NCBI GenBank assembly: GCA_036172245.1
Contig: JAYWIR010000041.1
Coordinates: 1,488,001 to 1,552,000 of the forward strand
Length of the DNA: 64,000 nucleotides
Source: Raillietiella orientalis
Taxonomy: Eukaryota
Direction of reading: 5' to 3'
Position 1 is the stretch's first letter. Each line of letters opens with the position of its first letter. The notes beneath the pieces are model-generated. The model did no database searches, had not been told where the DNA came from, and saw only the letters and a program-made list of their open reading frames with translations. Made by a program: the position numbers and the translations under genes. Below, piece by piece: positions 12,390 to 24,329 of the stretch.

Positions 12390-13560
12390 GAAAACTCAGA
12401 TGAAACAAAATCTCATAGCCCCCTTACACTGCCACCCTTAAAAATGAACAGACTTCACATCTTTGGGCACTACTTTGAGCTTTCCGAGAAGCAAACATTG
12501 CAGCTGTTTTTGCTGTTTTTTGTTTTGTTTTTTTTTCTAAAAAAAGAAGAGTAGCCACCGTGCAACTTTGCGCAGAGTACTGTTGAATCTGATAACAACA
12601 TAATCCAAAGAGTGATCACTGTACCAATCTTAGCTTAGAAGAAGCCATAACGTTTCTTATGTTTTTCTCTGGGATTGCACTTTTTCCCTCTTCATGATCG
12701 CAAGAATCTTTAAAACTACAGAAACACCTTTGAACTCTTCATGTTCCCTCACTGACTTTTCTCCTCAATTCACTGAGAACTCTACCTTTGATCTTTATCA
12801 CTCATTCATGTAAACTAAATATCTCGACGTGTTCTTTGTTCTTTAGCAGCCTCTTCCTTCTGCTACGGAAGATGAGTGGCTGCTCGAGTTGCTATGCAGT
12901 ATCAGCTTTTCCTGACGATATTCCTTGTACAGTTAGCGGAAACCAAGCCCCCATCATTACAATGGCTTTACGAGGCATGACACAGATGGACTCGTTACTG
13001 TCACCATGGTGCTGTTTCCATCCTCTCTGCAATTCGTTTGATGCCCTTCAATGGGACCACTTTTCGTTCCAATACTCAAACACTAAGAATCTAGGGCCTA
13101 CGGGCATTGCACAGAGGTGCGGAAATCCTTTTTCACTCATTGCTGTTGTTGAGGACACTTTTTCTGTGTCGGGACTGAGGGACTCTCTCACCAAACTCAC
13201 TCTTTCCCCTTGAGGGTGAGTAAGGCTTCTCGCTTTTTTCAATTCCTTGTCATGGAACGGCATTAAAAAAGGTGAGTGTCTTTGAAGGTGAGGCCTTCGT
13301 TTCATCAGATCTATTGCTGAACTTAAAAGCAATGCTACAGCTTTGCCGAATCCAAGTTTGCGAAACTTTCCAAGAAAGTGGCCCCGCCATTTTTCATACT
13401 TCCTTCGTTCAGCAGACTCACCACTCACAAGGAGAGATCTCAAGAACACTACTGGCATGGCAAGAAAACATGCTCCCGGTTTTTCTCTAAATTAGAAACC
13501 CATTAGGTTCCAACCTAGAAGCCACCACCAACTTTGCTCGACCATGGCTCCCGTGTAGGT
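12390..13560 (+). pseudogene. FBXL-like unit traceable from F-box to C-terminus in ~1.17 kb (no introns)
   Basis: LPPLKMNRLHIFGHY ~ LPKELLLRIFSF; PDDIPCTVSGNQAPIITMALRG; IAELKSNATALPNPSLRNF (13313) ~ VIELDNCPLITDASLEHL; DSPLTRRDLKN ~ DCQQITRAGIKR. Confidence 0.7.
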
Positions 13561-13619
13561 CCATATAGGTCCCTGGAATCCCAGAGGAACAAAAAAAGAC
13601 ACTCTGCATTACGCCGTTT

Positions 13620-14720
13620 TCATCTCTAGATCAAAATTACGGTGCTCACTGAGGCTGGTGAAACTGAAGTTTATTGACCACTTAATATTCTCACTAAAAC
13701 CACGAGCCCAGGCTTGAGAAACAACAGCGAGAGTTTCCTTGTTCCAACTAGTGCATTCTCAGCTGTAAAAGGGAGTTAGTTAATTCGAGTGGAAGCATTT
13801 GTGATCCCAGTTTATCATCGAAACATTCCAGCATAAGTGAGATGTTAATTCGTTACTCTTTCGTACAAGTGCATACAAAAAGGAAGCAGCTTGCTAATCA
13901 GGCATTTGAAGTGAATGCAGATTTCCTGAGAGATGCAGATGTTCTTCCTGGAAACCTTTGCCGAATCGTTGCTGCTTTTAATATTGACTCAGGGGTGAAA
14001 TGAAAGATGAAGAAGATTGAAAAAAAGGTTAATCTCTTCCATTCCTCGCGGAGTTTTTCTCCATCTTCCTAGGCCTTCCTTCAGTACTTCAATACTCCGA
14101 AGCATTGTATTTGAAGATCTTATGCAACGTTCTGTGTTTCTCACTTCCGCCCTTCTGAGTATGAAACCACCTCATTCATAGCATAGCTGGAGCATGTCGA
14201 TACACGATGACGATGAATCCGACCAGAAATCGATGACTCTGAGCCTTCACGAGCTCTGGAGGATTTCCTATCAAGCGGAGATCCATGTGCCACCGTACTG
14301 TGATCTCATTTACCCGTTTGCAAAACACTTCATCGCCCGGACAGTGCTCCCGGACTCCTTTCCCAGCGTTGCCTGTCCTAGCCCAAGAAAGATTTTCTTT
14401 TCTTTTCCTCCAAAGTCTTCAAAGATCCCGACTGTCCTCGTTGAACCATTCTAAAATCTGAATTCCTCATAAATCTGCTTGCATTCAGAAAATAGGTGTA
14501 CATTCTCGTTGAGATGTTGTTTCTTTCCTGGATCTTCTTCGTCCTCCAAATTCCTGCCTCTTCGGAACAAATTGTGGAGCTCTTTCTCTGTCTTACGGGA
14601 GCCGAATGGTGCTTCTGGCTCTTTGCTGACGACTGCATCCATTAGGAGTTTGTAAATCCAGTTCCAAGAAACTCATGTCGGATTAATTGTGTTTTCCCCA
14701 GCAGCTGTGGTCCTTAAATA
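13620..14720 (-). pseudogene. FBXL-like unit
   Basis: LHNLFRRGRNLEDEEDPGKKQHLNENVHLFSECKQI (ORF 14451..14642); VRAMKCFANG ~ NMSLKALSEG. Confidence 0.55.
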
Positions 14721-14879
14721 AAATCACCAAGACACGTGATGGAAACCGATGGGTTGTTTCTTGTGGACCGACTTGTCTATCCCTCGAGTAGGTTTCCAAA
14801 AATTAAGGAAAAAAAAAAAAAAACATTTCCTTTCTCTTTCCGCTTAGCATCTGCTCTTCTTTACTTTCAAGCTGCGGAA

Positions 14880-16090
14880 TTTTTCATGTTGAGCCATCCC
14901 TCCAGCCGGAGCGTGGAAGGGATACTTCTGCAGGGGAGATGAGCAAAAGAGATGATGCAGTTCGCTCAAGCGTGCTCTCGAGCATTCTTGCGGGAACGTC
15001 ACAAGATTTCCCGCTCTGTAAGCTCCTCTACAGGAGCTTCACTTATCCGTTCATACCACAAGCACCTGGAAGAACCTCTCTGATGGGTCTGATGGGCATT
15101 CGCAGCCACTTGGCAGTGGATGCACGAACACAGGGGAATGTCTCCGTTCTTTGCTTGGTGCGCCGCTTCCTTCCTTCCGCTTGGGAAGAGTTTCCGCGGG
15201 GTTGCGCTTAGGGTTGCGGCTTTTGAGATTAGCGAAGGCACGAGAAGGCAGCTCGAAAGTACAGAAGCAGGTTCGAGGAGCTCCAGTCCTGCTGCCCTGG
15301 ATGCTGCCGCTGGTTTCGAAGGCCCGATCTCCACGCGCTCTCTGCGCATTCGCGTGCGCGTGCGCCTCTCCAAATAATTCATAACAGAGCTGTTCCCTTG
15401 GAGAATTCCATCCCATGGAAAGTTTTCATCGCATGAAACAAATCACGGTGGAACGTCAAAATGCAAATTCGAAAATTGGTTGGATTTGCAAACAACGCTC
15501 ACCATTCGCTTCGGAGAAGCCTGATGGAGAGGAAATACGCTGTGGAACTGAAAGACTTTTGTCAGGGCAAACTGGTTTCCCAGAAGAACTGCCGCCGATT
15601 TATTACTGTCAATTCTCAAGGGTTTCGACCGTTTTTCCTCTGCGATTTGGATAGGGAGAGGCACCTCGGATCTTCGATATTTTCACACTGTGGTGTTTCG
15701 AGACGATCCCACGGTACCGGAAATACCGTGGGAAAAATAGGAAAGGAAATAGGAGAGCGAAATTTGAATTAGAATCGTAACTCTTGGAAAGTAGAGCAAT
15801 GCTGGGATTCCTTCCTTCCGAATAGAGGGTCCGCAGCAGAAAAAATGCGAATACCACACCGAAGTGTACGAACAACAGTGAGCACAAGGACGAACAATTT
15901 GAAGGATTTCTGGGAATCTATTCAGTATAAAAGAGAAGCTGTCTCTCTTAAAGATACGAAGGCTGCATGACTGGCCGCCCTTGATGCAAGAATACGTTTC
16001 AAATGCCATTTTACAGAACGACTTCTGCAGCATTCTGTAGAATTACTGACAACTTCAAGTTTCGATAAAATGCGGCGTGAACCTGGAAGC
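14880..16090 (-). pseudogene. FBXL-like unit
   Basis: GGQSCSLRIFKRDSFSFI (ORF 15683..16033) ~ DGSNWQRIDLFDFQRDIE; LWYERISEAPVEEL (ORF 14999..15382). Confidence 0.55.
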
Positions 16091-16099
16091 TACCCCATT

Positions 16100-16700
16100 C
16101 AGAAATGATCACAGTGGGAACAATTTTCACGGTGCAGGGATCAAGTTCCAACGGACCACCACCGCTCCTTCTCTTTTTTCTGTTTCGCGGAACCGTACCA
16201 GCATCCTCAAGCAGTCTACGTCAGTATGTACCGATCTCTATGGGAGTCTTTCGAATTCAAAGAGCAGATCGGGATTCTCAAAGGCGAAGACTTTCCCGGA
16301 TCTCGGGAGCGCTGGAAAGATGAAGCTCGGATCCTTTTAGCGTTGCCACAGTTTTTTTGCATCCACCAAACGACTCGCAGATTCCCATGTGCCGCTGGTG
16401 AGCGTCTCAGCACAAAGCAAGCTGGAAGTTTGCTTTGGTGCTTTCGTGTATGAAGCGCTGGACCGACCACCCAGTATTTGAACAGACGTCAGAATTCTGA
16501 TGTGCCCGACCGGAAAAGCTCAGACCATGATCCAAGGGAAATTCAAGATCGAATCGAGCTGGTCTCCAAAATGCATCCTCCCGCAAAAAAATCTCTAATT
16601 TTAATTCTCTTGTTCATTTAGTTTTGGTTTACCATCATTTCTCTTCTTTTGGAGACCTGGCTGCCTCACGTTCTTCCTTCAAGAGCTCCCGGCTTTGAAA
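16100..16700 (+). pseudogene. FBXL-like 3' half
   Basis: TAPSLFSVSRNRTSILKQSTSVCTDL (ORF 16077..16340); DRKSSDHDPREIQDRIEL ~ DASLEHLKSCHSLERIEL. Confidence 0.6.
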
Positions 16701-16759
16701 GAAATCACAGACAACAAGAGAAACGGGCCACAGAGAACGCTTCCTAAAGCACGAAAAAA

Positions 16760-17750
16760 AATAAAATGGTTCCTAGACGTGGGAGGTCGGTTCTGATGCG
16801 AACACGCACGTGATGAGGAGGCAGAAGAGGACGAGAAGGATGAATGGCTTGTTGGGTGCGTGGTAATGTGGAATGGACGGAATGGAAGCGTGCCTAGAGT
16901 GTCTTGGTGCCTAGAAGATTGTTGGAAAGGATTTCTATGGAGGAAAAGGAGGTGTTAACGGCCACCAGGAAGTGAAATGAGGTGCAATGAGAAGCATCGG
17001 TCGAATGAAGAGCTGGAGGCGAAGAGATTTTTCTTTCAATGGGATGATGAAAAGAGCGATGCTGACCGAGACGTGGATGAAATAGTGTCAACTGAGAGAA
17101 GCAATGCACTCACAGATGGACTTCCACACTCGGACCACCCTGGACCGTAGAGCGTTGCCACACAACAGCCGCAAACCAGAAATCCGGAAGGCGCTCCTAT
17201 GGTGGCTTGGAGAAGAGTGAAGCAAACTCAGAAACTCAAAGCAGGCCTTCCTTGGTGGAGCGTCAGAATGGCGCTCCACCAAGGAAGCTAGAACCTAAAT
17301 AAGCAATCATTTTGTAGTCAGGAGGATGAGGATTGGTAATCCTGATGTTCAGGTATGAGATACTCTTTCTACGAAGGGGCAATGTGGTGTGCGTAGGATG
17401 CAGAAAGAGATCGTTGGGGAGAATCAGAAGCCAATGTTGGCGCTTTGCATGATGGCACTGGGACTAGACAGATACCTCACCTTCTTGAGTTGCGAGTGGT
17501 GCGGGGTTCAATGCATGGAGATGTGATTAACTGGGTGATGAATCCATGGTGAAGAAGACTATGTGGGGAATGGGGGACAATCAGGATGCAGAGTTGAGTA
17601 AAGCTTAATCTGAAAGTTTCTCCAGATGAGCCGCTGAGTGATTGGAAAATGGGAAATCCTCCGTTACCGAAGTCTTTTCTTTGAGATTTCGGCAGGTCTG
17701 TCTAAAGGAAGCGGATGAGTAGGACGGAAGGGTGTTTGCTCATCCTTCAA
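16760..17750 (-). pseudogene. FBXL-like unit (strongly pyrimidine-rich on coding strand)
   Basis: FSQLTLFHPRLGQHRSFH (ORF 16894..17109) ~ LIQLSIHCPRLQVLSLSH; ISGLRLLCGNALRSR (ORF 17088..17282). Confidence 0.6.
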
Positions 17751-18460
17751 ACGGCGCGAGTCAGGAAGACTCCTCCTCCTTTTCAACTCCTCCTCTCAGC
17801 ACGTGCTTCCGCCAAAACACTTCCTTTTCTCGAGAGCATCTGAAGAGCTGTGCTTCCACGTCACTGCCGGCCGAATCAATCTTCAGAATACTACGAAACA
17901 CTGACATGGTACGATAGATGAAGAGGATAGCACGTTTGCAAGTGTTTGCAGAATTTCCATGGGGGGTTCACGACCTCCACTCGCAAGAGCGCTCTCCGTA
18001 TCCGGGAAACCGCGGAGTTCACACGCGGAATATCGGCAAGCTGGCACTCGGAGGAGCGCACACTGATGTCCTGACCGCCTGAACCAAGACGAAGGGGAGT
18101 GACATCATCGAGGGCGTGTCAGGAAGAGTCGCCGAAAACATCCCGGACTGCAGTAGCTGGTCACGACGGAAGAGCGCACGTGTCTGGAAGCTCCTCATCG
18201 CTGATGCTATTTGCGGGGCGTCCTGCGAGCCCGAGCATCGGCTGCGGTTTTCCACGCGCGCTCCTCACAGATCGGAAACTGGGAAAAAAAGGAAGAGGGA
18301 GAGCAAAATACAGTGCGGCATTGAGATTCTCCAGGACTTGCCTTCGACGACGGCAATCGAAAGTCGGAAGACGGAAGACTGAAAAGGGTGAGCGCACGGG
18401 TGGAGATGCCACGTCCACTGCCAAGGCCACGCACTCCGGATAGCTCCTATTGGGGAAAGG
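17750..18460 (-). pseudogene. FBXL-like 5' part, GC-rich
   Basis: FRLPTFDCRRRRQVLENLNA (ORF 18161..18430) ~ IDLFDFQRDIEGRVVENISK. Confidence 0.6.
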
Positions 18461-18469
18461 CGCAGCAAT

Positions 18470-19500
18470 TTGAGCGTTCCGTCACTGCCTTACCCTCGTG
18501 TACGAGGTCCTCGCCACGCTGGTGAGTCTCCATATTTCCTCCCTCTTCAAGAGAAGGCCGGAATCCATTCAGGGAGGGGGCACAGAAGTTGGCACTTTGA
18601 TGCATTGCAATAGGCGACGGCTCGGCCCGATGAAATATTCGAGAAAATTTTCTTTCTTCCTTCATGGTTGCTTTTCTTCCAATTGAATCCGGGATGAAAC
18701 TGTAACTGGTCTCCTCTTCATCTTCTCTCTTGTCCTTTCCGATCAGTTGGTATCTCGAACCTTCCAGACGGAAAAAGCTCTGAAATTCTGAGCTTCCCTC
18801 CTTCAAGTTTCTTCCGTCTCCAAGGTCACGCGCAATGCCAGGCCTTCCGAAGAGAAAAGGAGGGCATTAGCGGCCGCAAGTGCAGTTACTCCAGTTGATA
18901 TCTGCAAGGATTTCAGGAAGAAGTGCCGACCGAAAAGGCCATATCAATTCACGCATGCAATCCATCTGATTAATGATGATCGTTATGAAGTATAGCTGAC
19001 GATTCGGTAAGCAGCACTTAGAGATTCTCCGGTTCCCAAATCTTCAAACCGAAAGACCCTTGCCGTTGTTCAATTTCAAGACGGTTTCCAAGAGACTCCG
19101 AGATTTAGCGTCTTGGCAACCCTTCCCAAATCTTCTTCTGGAGGAAACGCCTTGGAAAAAGGCAGATGAAGACACACCGAGCATCCATTCCAGGAATGCA
19201 CGGTTAAGTAAGAAGTGAAGATGCGTCGTGGAGAAGGCTCGCAGGGGCGATGGAAGTAAAGAGAGAAAAGAAAAGGAAGGAAAAGGGAAAAAAATCTCTT
19301 CCTCCGAAAGAATGCCGCCAATTAAGTGGGGCGACGTTTCTTGAGAAAAATTGCGAATCGTGCAGCTGAGCACCTTATTTTCGTCGTCGTCGTATGGAAA
19401 AGAAACTCTGGCACTCCCCATTTGTAAGAACAATGAGGATCACAATCTCCCGTTTGTGGGTCTTTGGGCCGATTTTTATCATGAAGTGGTGCGAGTGTAG
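18470..19500 (-). pseudogene. FBXL-like unit
   Basis: TIRNFSQETSPHLIG...LRAFSTTH...LETVLKLNNG (ORF 19044..19433). Confidence 0.55.
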
Positions 19501-19559
19501 GGCGCTGTTTCCAAGTGAAAAGCTACTCCATCATTTCCGGGTTCGCCTATTGACTCGTA

Positions 19560-20340
19560 TTGTGTTCTTTCCTAGCCCCAATTCCTCTGTGTATTAAAAT
19601 TCGGCTAGTGTATTTCACAGGAAAGATCATGCATTTATCAGGAACATGAGAAGTACCTGAGAGTAATGAAACCACAGCATCCTAAGATGGAGAGCACAGA
19701 TCTATCGGATCATATCCGCCTTGTGCGCCTGTGGATTGATGTCTGACTCGTGGTTGTGGAGCACCCTCAGCTCCTCTACAGAAAGGAAGATTTGCTGAGT
19801 TTGAATTGGAACTAAAAGCTAAAACTAAAAACCAAAAACTGAAACCCTCAGGCCAGAAGTATTTTTTTGGACTTTTATTTCGTGGAATCCACCTCTTCGC
19901 ATCTAAACCAGTATTTTGGAAAATCAAGTTCCACATTTTTGCATCTCTTGGGGCGGGTAGCCCTCTGCACCTCGCTTCCCTCCATGCAAAAAGTCATTGC
20001 CATCATCTGTCACTCTGTTTGATAAGATCCGATGAAATGCAACTGCTGATCTTTAGATTGAAAACTTGGCCAAAAATCATTGCAGCATGGACAGGGAAGC
20101 GATTCATAAATGTTTCGAAGGAATCTTTCGTTTAAGGATCGCTGCTCCCCGCCTATTTCCAGTTTATTGGATGACAACTGCAAACTCCCATTATAGATTG
20201 TACTGCCTTATCAGCATTTCGTACATTTCTGGAATTCAAAAATCGAAGGAAATTTGGGTTTACGTTCCCAAGACATAGGTATGATCCAAGGTATGATGTA
20301 TTTAATTGAATGCTAATTGATAAAACACATATATTGATTC
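19560..20340 (+). pseudogene. FBXL-like 3' part
   Basis: HAKSHCHHLSL (ORF 19806..20135); LLDDNCKL ~ IELDNCPL; KEIWVY. Confidence 0.5.
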
Positions 20341-20399
20341 AATACGATACATAGTAGTGGTTATTTTTAATTTAATTTAAGCAAACATTTATCCCACTT

Positions 20400-21100
20400 C
20401 ATGGATAAGTATCAAACACCATAGGATAAAATTCCAAATTACATTTTTCTTCTCCTGATAATCATTCTATTTCCTTCGCTAATAGTTTTTCTTTGTTTTA
20501 TCCCTATTTTAAGGGAAATAAAAGGAAATGTGTTCAAATGTTTGGAGAAATCATACAACTCATTCAAATACGTCTGAAAATCTATGTCTCCATCAGGTAT
20601 GATGATCGCTGAAACCTACTATGCCCATAGTGAATAGATTTATCATTGAGGAAGGTACTGTACCACTGATTTGAACAAGTCTTGGAACCTCCTCAATCTG
20701 CTTAAGACAGAGAGGGATTAGGTCTTTTTGAAGGACCTTTCAAAAATATGTCACTGCACACTTCGGTTTGTTTCAGCATGCATTTTCTAATAGCATTTAT
20801 GAGAAAAAGTCTCATCTCGTCTTCCTGCTACTCGGCTGAAGTTCTTCGGGGCGCTTTCCGACGAAATTCCGACCTCGGTTGTGAGTCCTCTACATTGAGA
20901 TTTGAAAGACCTTTTAGTATTTCACCTGGCTTTCCAAATGTGACCTTACAAGAAACAGCTTGAAGGGGTTTCCCCAGAAAAGAAGAGAGGAGAGCAGGCT
21001 TGAGATCACAGTCGAACAAGCAGTGTTTCTTGCAATGTGTGGAAAGGAGACAAGTGGAAAAGTAGCTTGAGGCAGGAAAGGCAGGAATCTGTCTCGGCAG
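20400..21100 (-). pseudogene. FBXL-like 5' part, AT-rich
   Basis: LFDCDLKPALLSSF...LSNLNVED (ORF 20828..21019) ~ LFDFQRDIEGRVVENI. Confidence 0.5.
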
Positions 21101-21101
21101 T

Positions 21102-21526
21102 TAAATGTCGGTTCGACGTTTCGTAGCCATTCATTTTCAAGCCCAGTTGCTGAGGCAGGTGAGCCGTTGACGGCACTCCTTAGCAGATTCCGACTTCATG
21201 GCTGTTAATGTCATGCTGTCCACAGCAAATAGTACCTTTCATGGGTTCTGATGTGCGTCTCATTGGGCTCCATGGCCCCCCGACCTTTGGTTCATTCTAT
21301 GGCGCCAATTCTGCTTACCAAAATTGTCTCACTGGGCTCTCTTGGACCTCACAGTCCGAACTTCAGTATTTAAGCAGGCTGGACTTCACATCCATTTGAA
21401 GTTTGAGATTAGATTGAGGCCATTTCGGCCTAAGACCTCCCTAATCATTCGCTTTACCGGATGAGACTCTGTTCTTCTGCTCCGACGAGCGCCAGCTATC
21501 GTGGAGGGAACTTCGGAGGGAACCAG
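21102..21526 (-). pseudogene. Decayed 28S (LSU) rRNA fragment, ~425 bp
   Basis: Reverse complement of conserved eukaryotic LSU motifs: ggcaggtgag..., cactccttagcagattccgactt, ttctgcttaccaaaa, ccatttgaagtttgaga, ctaatcattcgctttaccggat, gagcgccagctatc...cttcggagggaaccag; many substitutions. Confidence 0.92.
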
Positions 21527-21539
21527 ATGTACCAAATGC

Positions 21540-22470
21540 AACCAAAAGCTGTTGAAAGACTCAAGGACAGTCAGTGAGATGGGGAATTCGACAGATATTT
21601 TGAAGGTTGAGCTTTAACTTGTTCCAGGAGCAAAGCAAGCATCCACTCGACTGGATGGCCCACGTAGAAATGGGATGGTCTCTGACTTGCTCTTTGCTTT
21701 GAATTCATAAGGGATTCTCAACTGTCCGCTTTTCACTGTAAAGCAAGAGAAATCTCTGTAGCTAAGAATCAGTCGAGATGCTTGAATTCCCATTGGGAAA
21801 GGGTTTTGTGTCCTGCTCTTCTCATAAAATAAAAGATTGGCTTCTCAGAATCCAACGGGAGAAAGATGCTTACACTTCCTGCATTTCGAAACTCCTAGAA
21901 GGGTGACACGATGTCAGAAAACTTTGAAACTTTGAAAACTTTTCTGTCAGATCTCTGACAGAAAAGAAGATGAAATTTTCGGCAATATTTCTCATCCACC
22001 AAAACTCTGTAGTATTGATGGGAAGTGGACTGAATTAACCATATTGCTACTTCAAGGATTAATACCAAAGAAACGAGTTAGAACCTTGAAAACGGCTATG
22101 TGCCATCTTGGAAGGGAACCGAACATACCGCAAATCAACAGTGTAAGCTGCAAAAGACCATTACAGATGAAATTTCAGTAGCCTTCAAGGAGGACGAAGG
22201 TCCAGTTCTCAGCACTAGCGTGGATCGCACTTGGCAAAGATATTGCGAACTTGAGGGGGATTCCAAAATGCTGAAAATCTCTTTGAATCCTGAGCGACCA
22301 GGGAAAACCAGTCGTGGATGGATTTCAAAAGTAGCACATGTAACACCCGTTTCAAATGGCAAGTCGTCTGTCTCTTAATCCTCAGAGAAAACACTGCTGC
22401 ATCAAAGATTCTTTGCACGATGGTTTCCCTTTCTAGACTCGATGGTGGACCAGCTTCTCAGCCTGTTTGT
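21540..22470 (+). pseudogene. FBXL-like unit
   Basis: RISRDA*IPIGKGF; VRTLKTAMCHL ~ LQILEAARCSHL; KTITDEIS (ORF 22100..22378). Confidence 0.5.
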
Positions 22471-22479
22471 CCTCTGGAT

Positions 22480-23085
22480 TCGTCTTCATCACGAGGCTGT
22501 AACTCTTGAGGTTGCTTTCAGTAAGATGGTGACCCGACATCCCAGAAATGCTGTATGTTTGAACTTTCCTTTTTGGATGTGCTATGCCAGTCCGTTCGCA
22601 TACTTCGACTCTTTAGTCGTTGCGTCACTCTTCGGGTCTCAAGATCCTAGGGATCTACGATGTTGTTTCCGGTCTCTTTTGGAGAAACAAGTGGAAATCC
22701 AGTCCTGGATATTTTCCTTCCTCCTCCTGTCTTGCTTCTTCTCTTCAAGTCCTTTAAGCATCATTTACAAGTCCTGTGTTCGGAGGACTTCTCGTCACCG
22801 AAACGCTCCTGGTTGCCGCTTTTTCTCTAGCGAGTCTCTCCTGGATAGCACTGAGTTTGTTCATTCTTCATGTTAACTTAGCAAGCATCGCAAGAAGATC
22901 GGCTTTTAAATGATCCATCGCTGTTCGAATTGGAAACTTTTAAAAATCTGAATCTTTGGAAATTAGTCCTTGAATTGTCCTTTTCTCTGCTCACATCCAC
23001 GGATGTGAATTTTCCTCTCTACTGAGAAGTTCACGGCTGCGATCAACGCCCACACAAAGTTTCCCTTATTTAACGAAGCGGGCCG
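22480..23085 (-). pseudogene. FBXL-like 5' part
   Basis: RKIHIRGCEQ (~23017-22988) ~ RKLSLRGC; FPKIQILKVSN. Confidence 0.45.
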
Positions 23086-23089
23086 GGCA

Positions 23090-23720
23090 ATGCAGGCTGA
23101 TTAGGGAAGGAGTATCGCGTGAGCACTGACTGTCCCGATAACCGCGACGTTTACTGCTTCCTTTATCCCGAGTGGCATCGCTACTCCGACCGATGCGGTC
23201 CTTGGATGCCGCAGCTTGGAGCTTGTCTGCCCGAACGTTTGTTTTTGAGATTGCGCGTGCGTCTCAGAGACACGCTCGTCCCTCGCTGGATCGCGAGTCT
23301 GGGGATACAGATAGTGAAGAAGGTGCAGACCCTTGGTGCGGCTATGAAAAGGGAACTGGCGCGAGCCCGCAAGCAACCTGCCTCGGGAGACCGTGGAGCA
23401 CCAGAAGCAGGGCATGTTCCACCAACGCAGGCCGTTATGCTGCGCATTCTGAAACAATCAGGGAACTACAATATCTATTAGTCTGTGGTCAACTGGCCGA
23501 CATGCACCCCAGAGCTCCCCATCGGACACGTAGGGAGAGTCGCTGTGAATGGGATCTAGAGCGACCAGCTGAAGTGGAGCCGGATAGCTACCACGTCCTT
23601 CTTCGCACGCTGTCCTCCCGGAAAGGACATTCGGACAGCCAGCCGGTGAAAGGAGGTCTGAACCACCGCGGGCACCAAGAAAGCCCTCGACAATCCGCCA
23701 TGACTCGCCATTGCTTGCAA
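23090..23720 (+). pseudogene. FBXL-like 3' half, GC-rich
   Basis: STDCPDNRDV (ORF 23119..23481); HSETIRELQYLLVCGQLADM and WDLERPAEVEPDSYHVL (ORF 23172..24086). Confidence 0.55.
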
Positions 23721-24320
23721 GGATCGAGCCATCGTAGACATTCTCATGGACGTTCTGGTAGAGCACCCGGACCGGTGGGTTCTTCCATCGCGCTGACAAC
23801 ACTCGGAGACTTCACCTTTGCATTGAGCTTCCCTGCAGCCGGTGTCGCCACCAGCGGACGCACGGTGACACTGCACTCGCATGCACGAGACGTGGGGAGC
23901 GGAAGCGATTCTTCACCTGCACTGGGAATGAGAATCCCTGCAAGAAACGATGCGCCGGCTGGCTGCCGCCCTCTTCCAGCCGGCGGATACAGAGGTGGCT
24001 TCGTTGTATCACCGCTCCCCCCCGAACTCATTCTGGCCAGCCGGTCAGCTAGCCATCGCTGCTTTCGAGAGAGAGCCGCCACATGAAAGGCAAGACAGGT
24101 TACCAGCTTCGTCCCAGCCATGTCGGATGAGGTGACACGTTAGCCACAATTGCATGGAACATGGAAGCAAGACGCCGCATCCCTTACAGGGAGGTTGAGT
24201 GAGAATTCAGAGTGAACATCTAGTGAACGCTTTCGCTCCCACCATTGCATCTGTTCCTGTATTTTCATGTAGTTTTTTGTGTTTGTTTATTTTTATTTTT
24301 TTCCATATTTCTTCGTCACC
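23720..24320 (+). pseudogene. FBXL-like 3' half, GC-rich
   Basis: DSSPALGMRIPARNDAPAGCRPLPAGGY ~ DAILNALGQNCPRLRILEVARCSQLTDVGF. Confidence 0.5.
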
Positions 24321-24329
24321 GATGACTTT

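Noticed and set aside
16760..17750. Penelope-like GIY-YIG/RT remnant (RLGQHR, SISYLNI)
   Set aside because: No GIY/YIG motif or hammerhead found; FSQLTLFHPRLGQHRSFH fits FBXL LIQLSIHCPRLQVLSLSH in the expected order.
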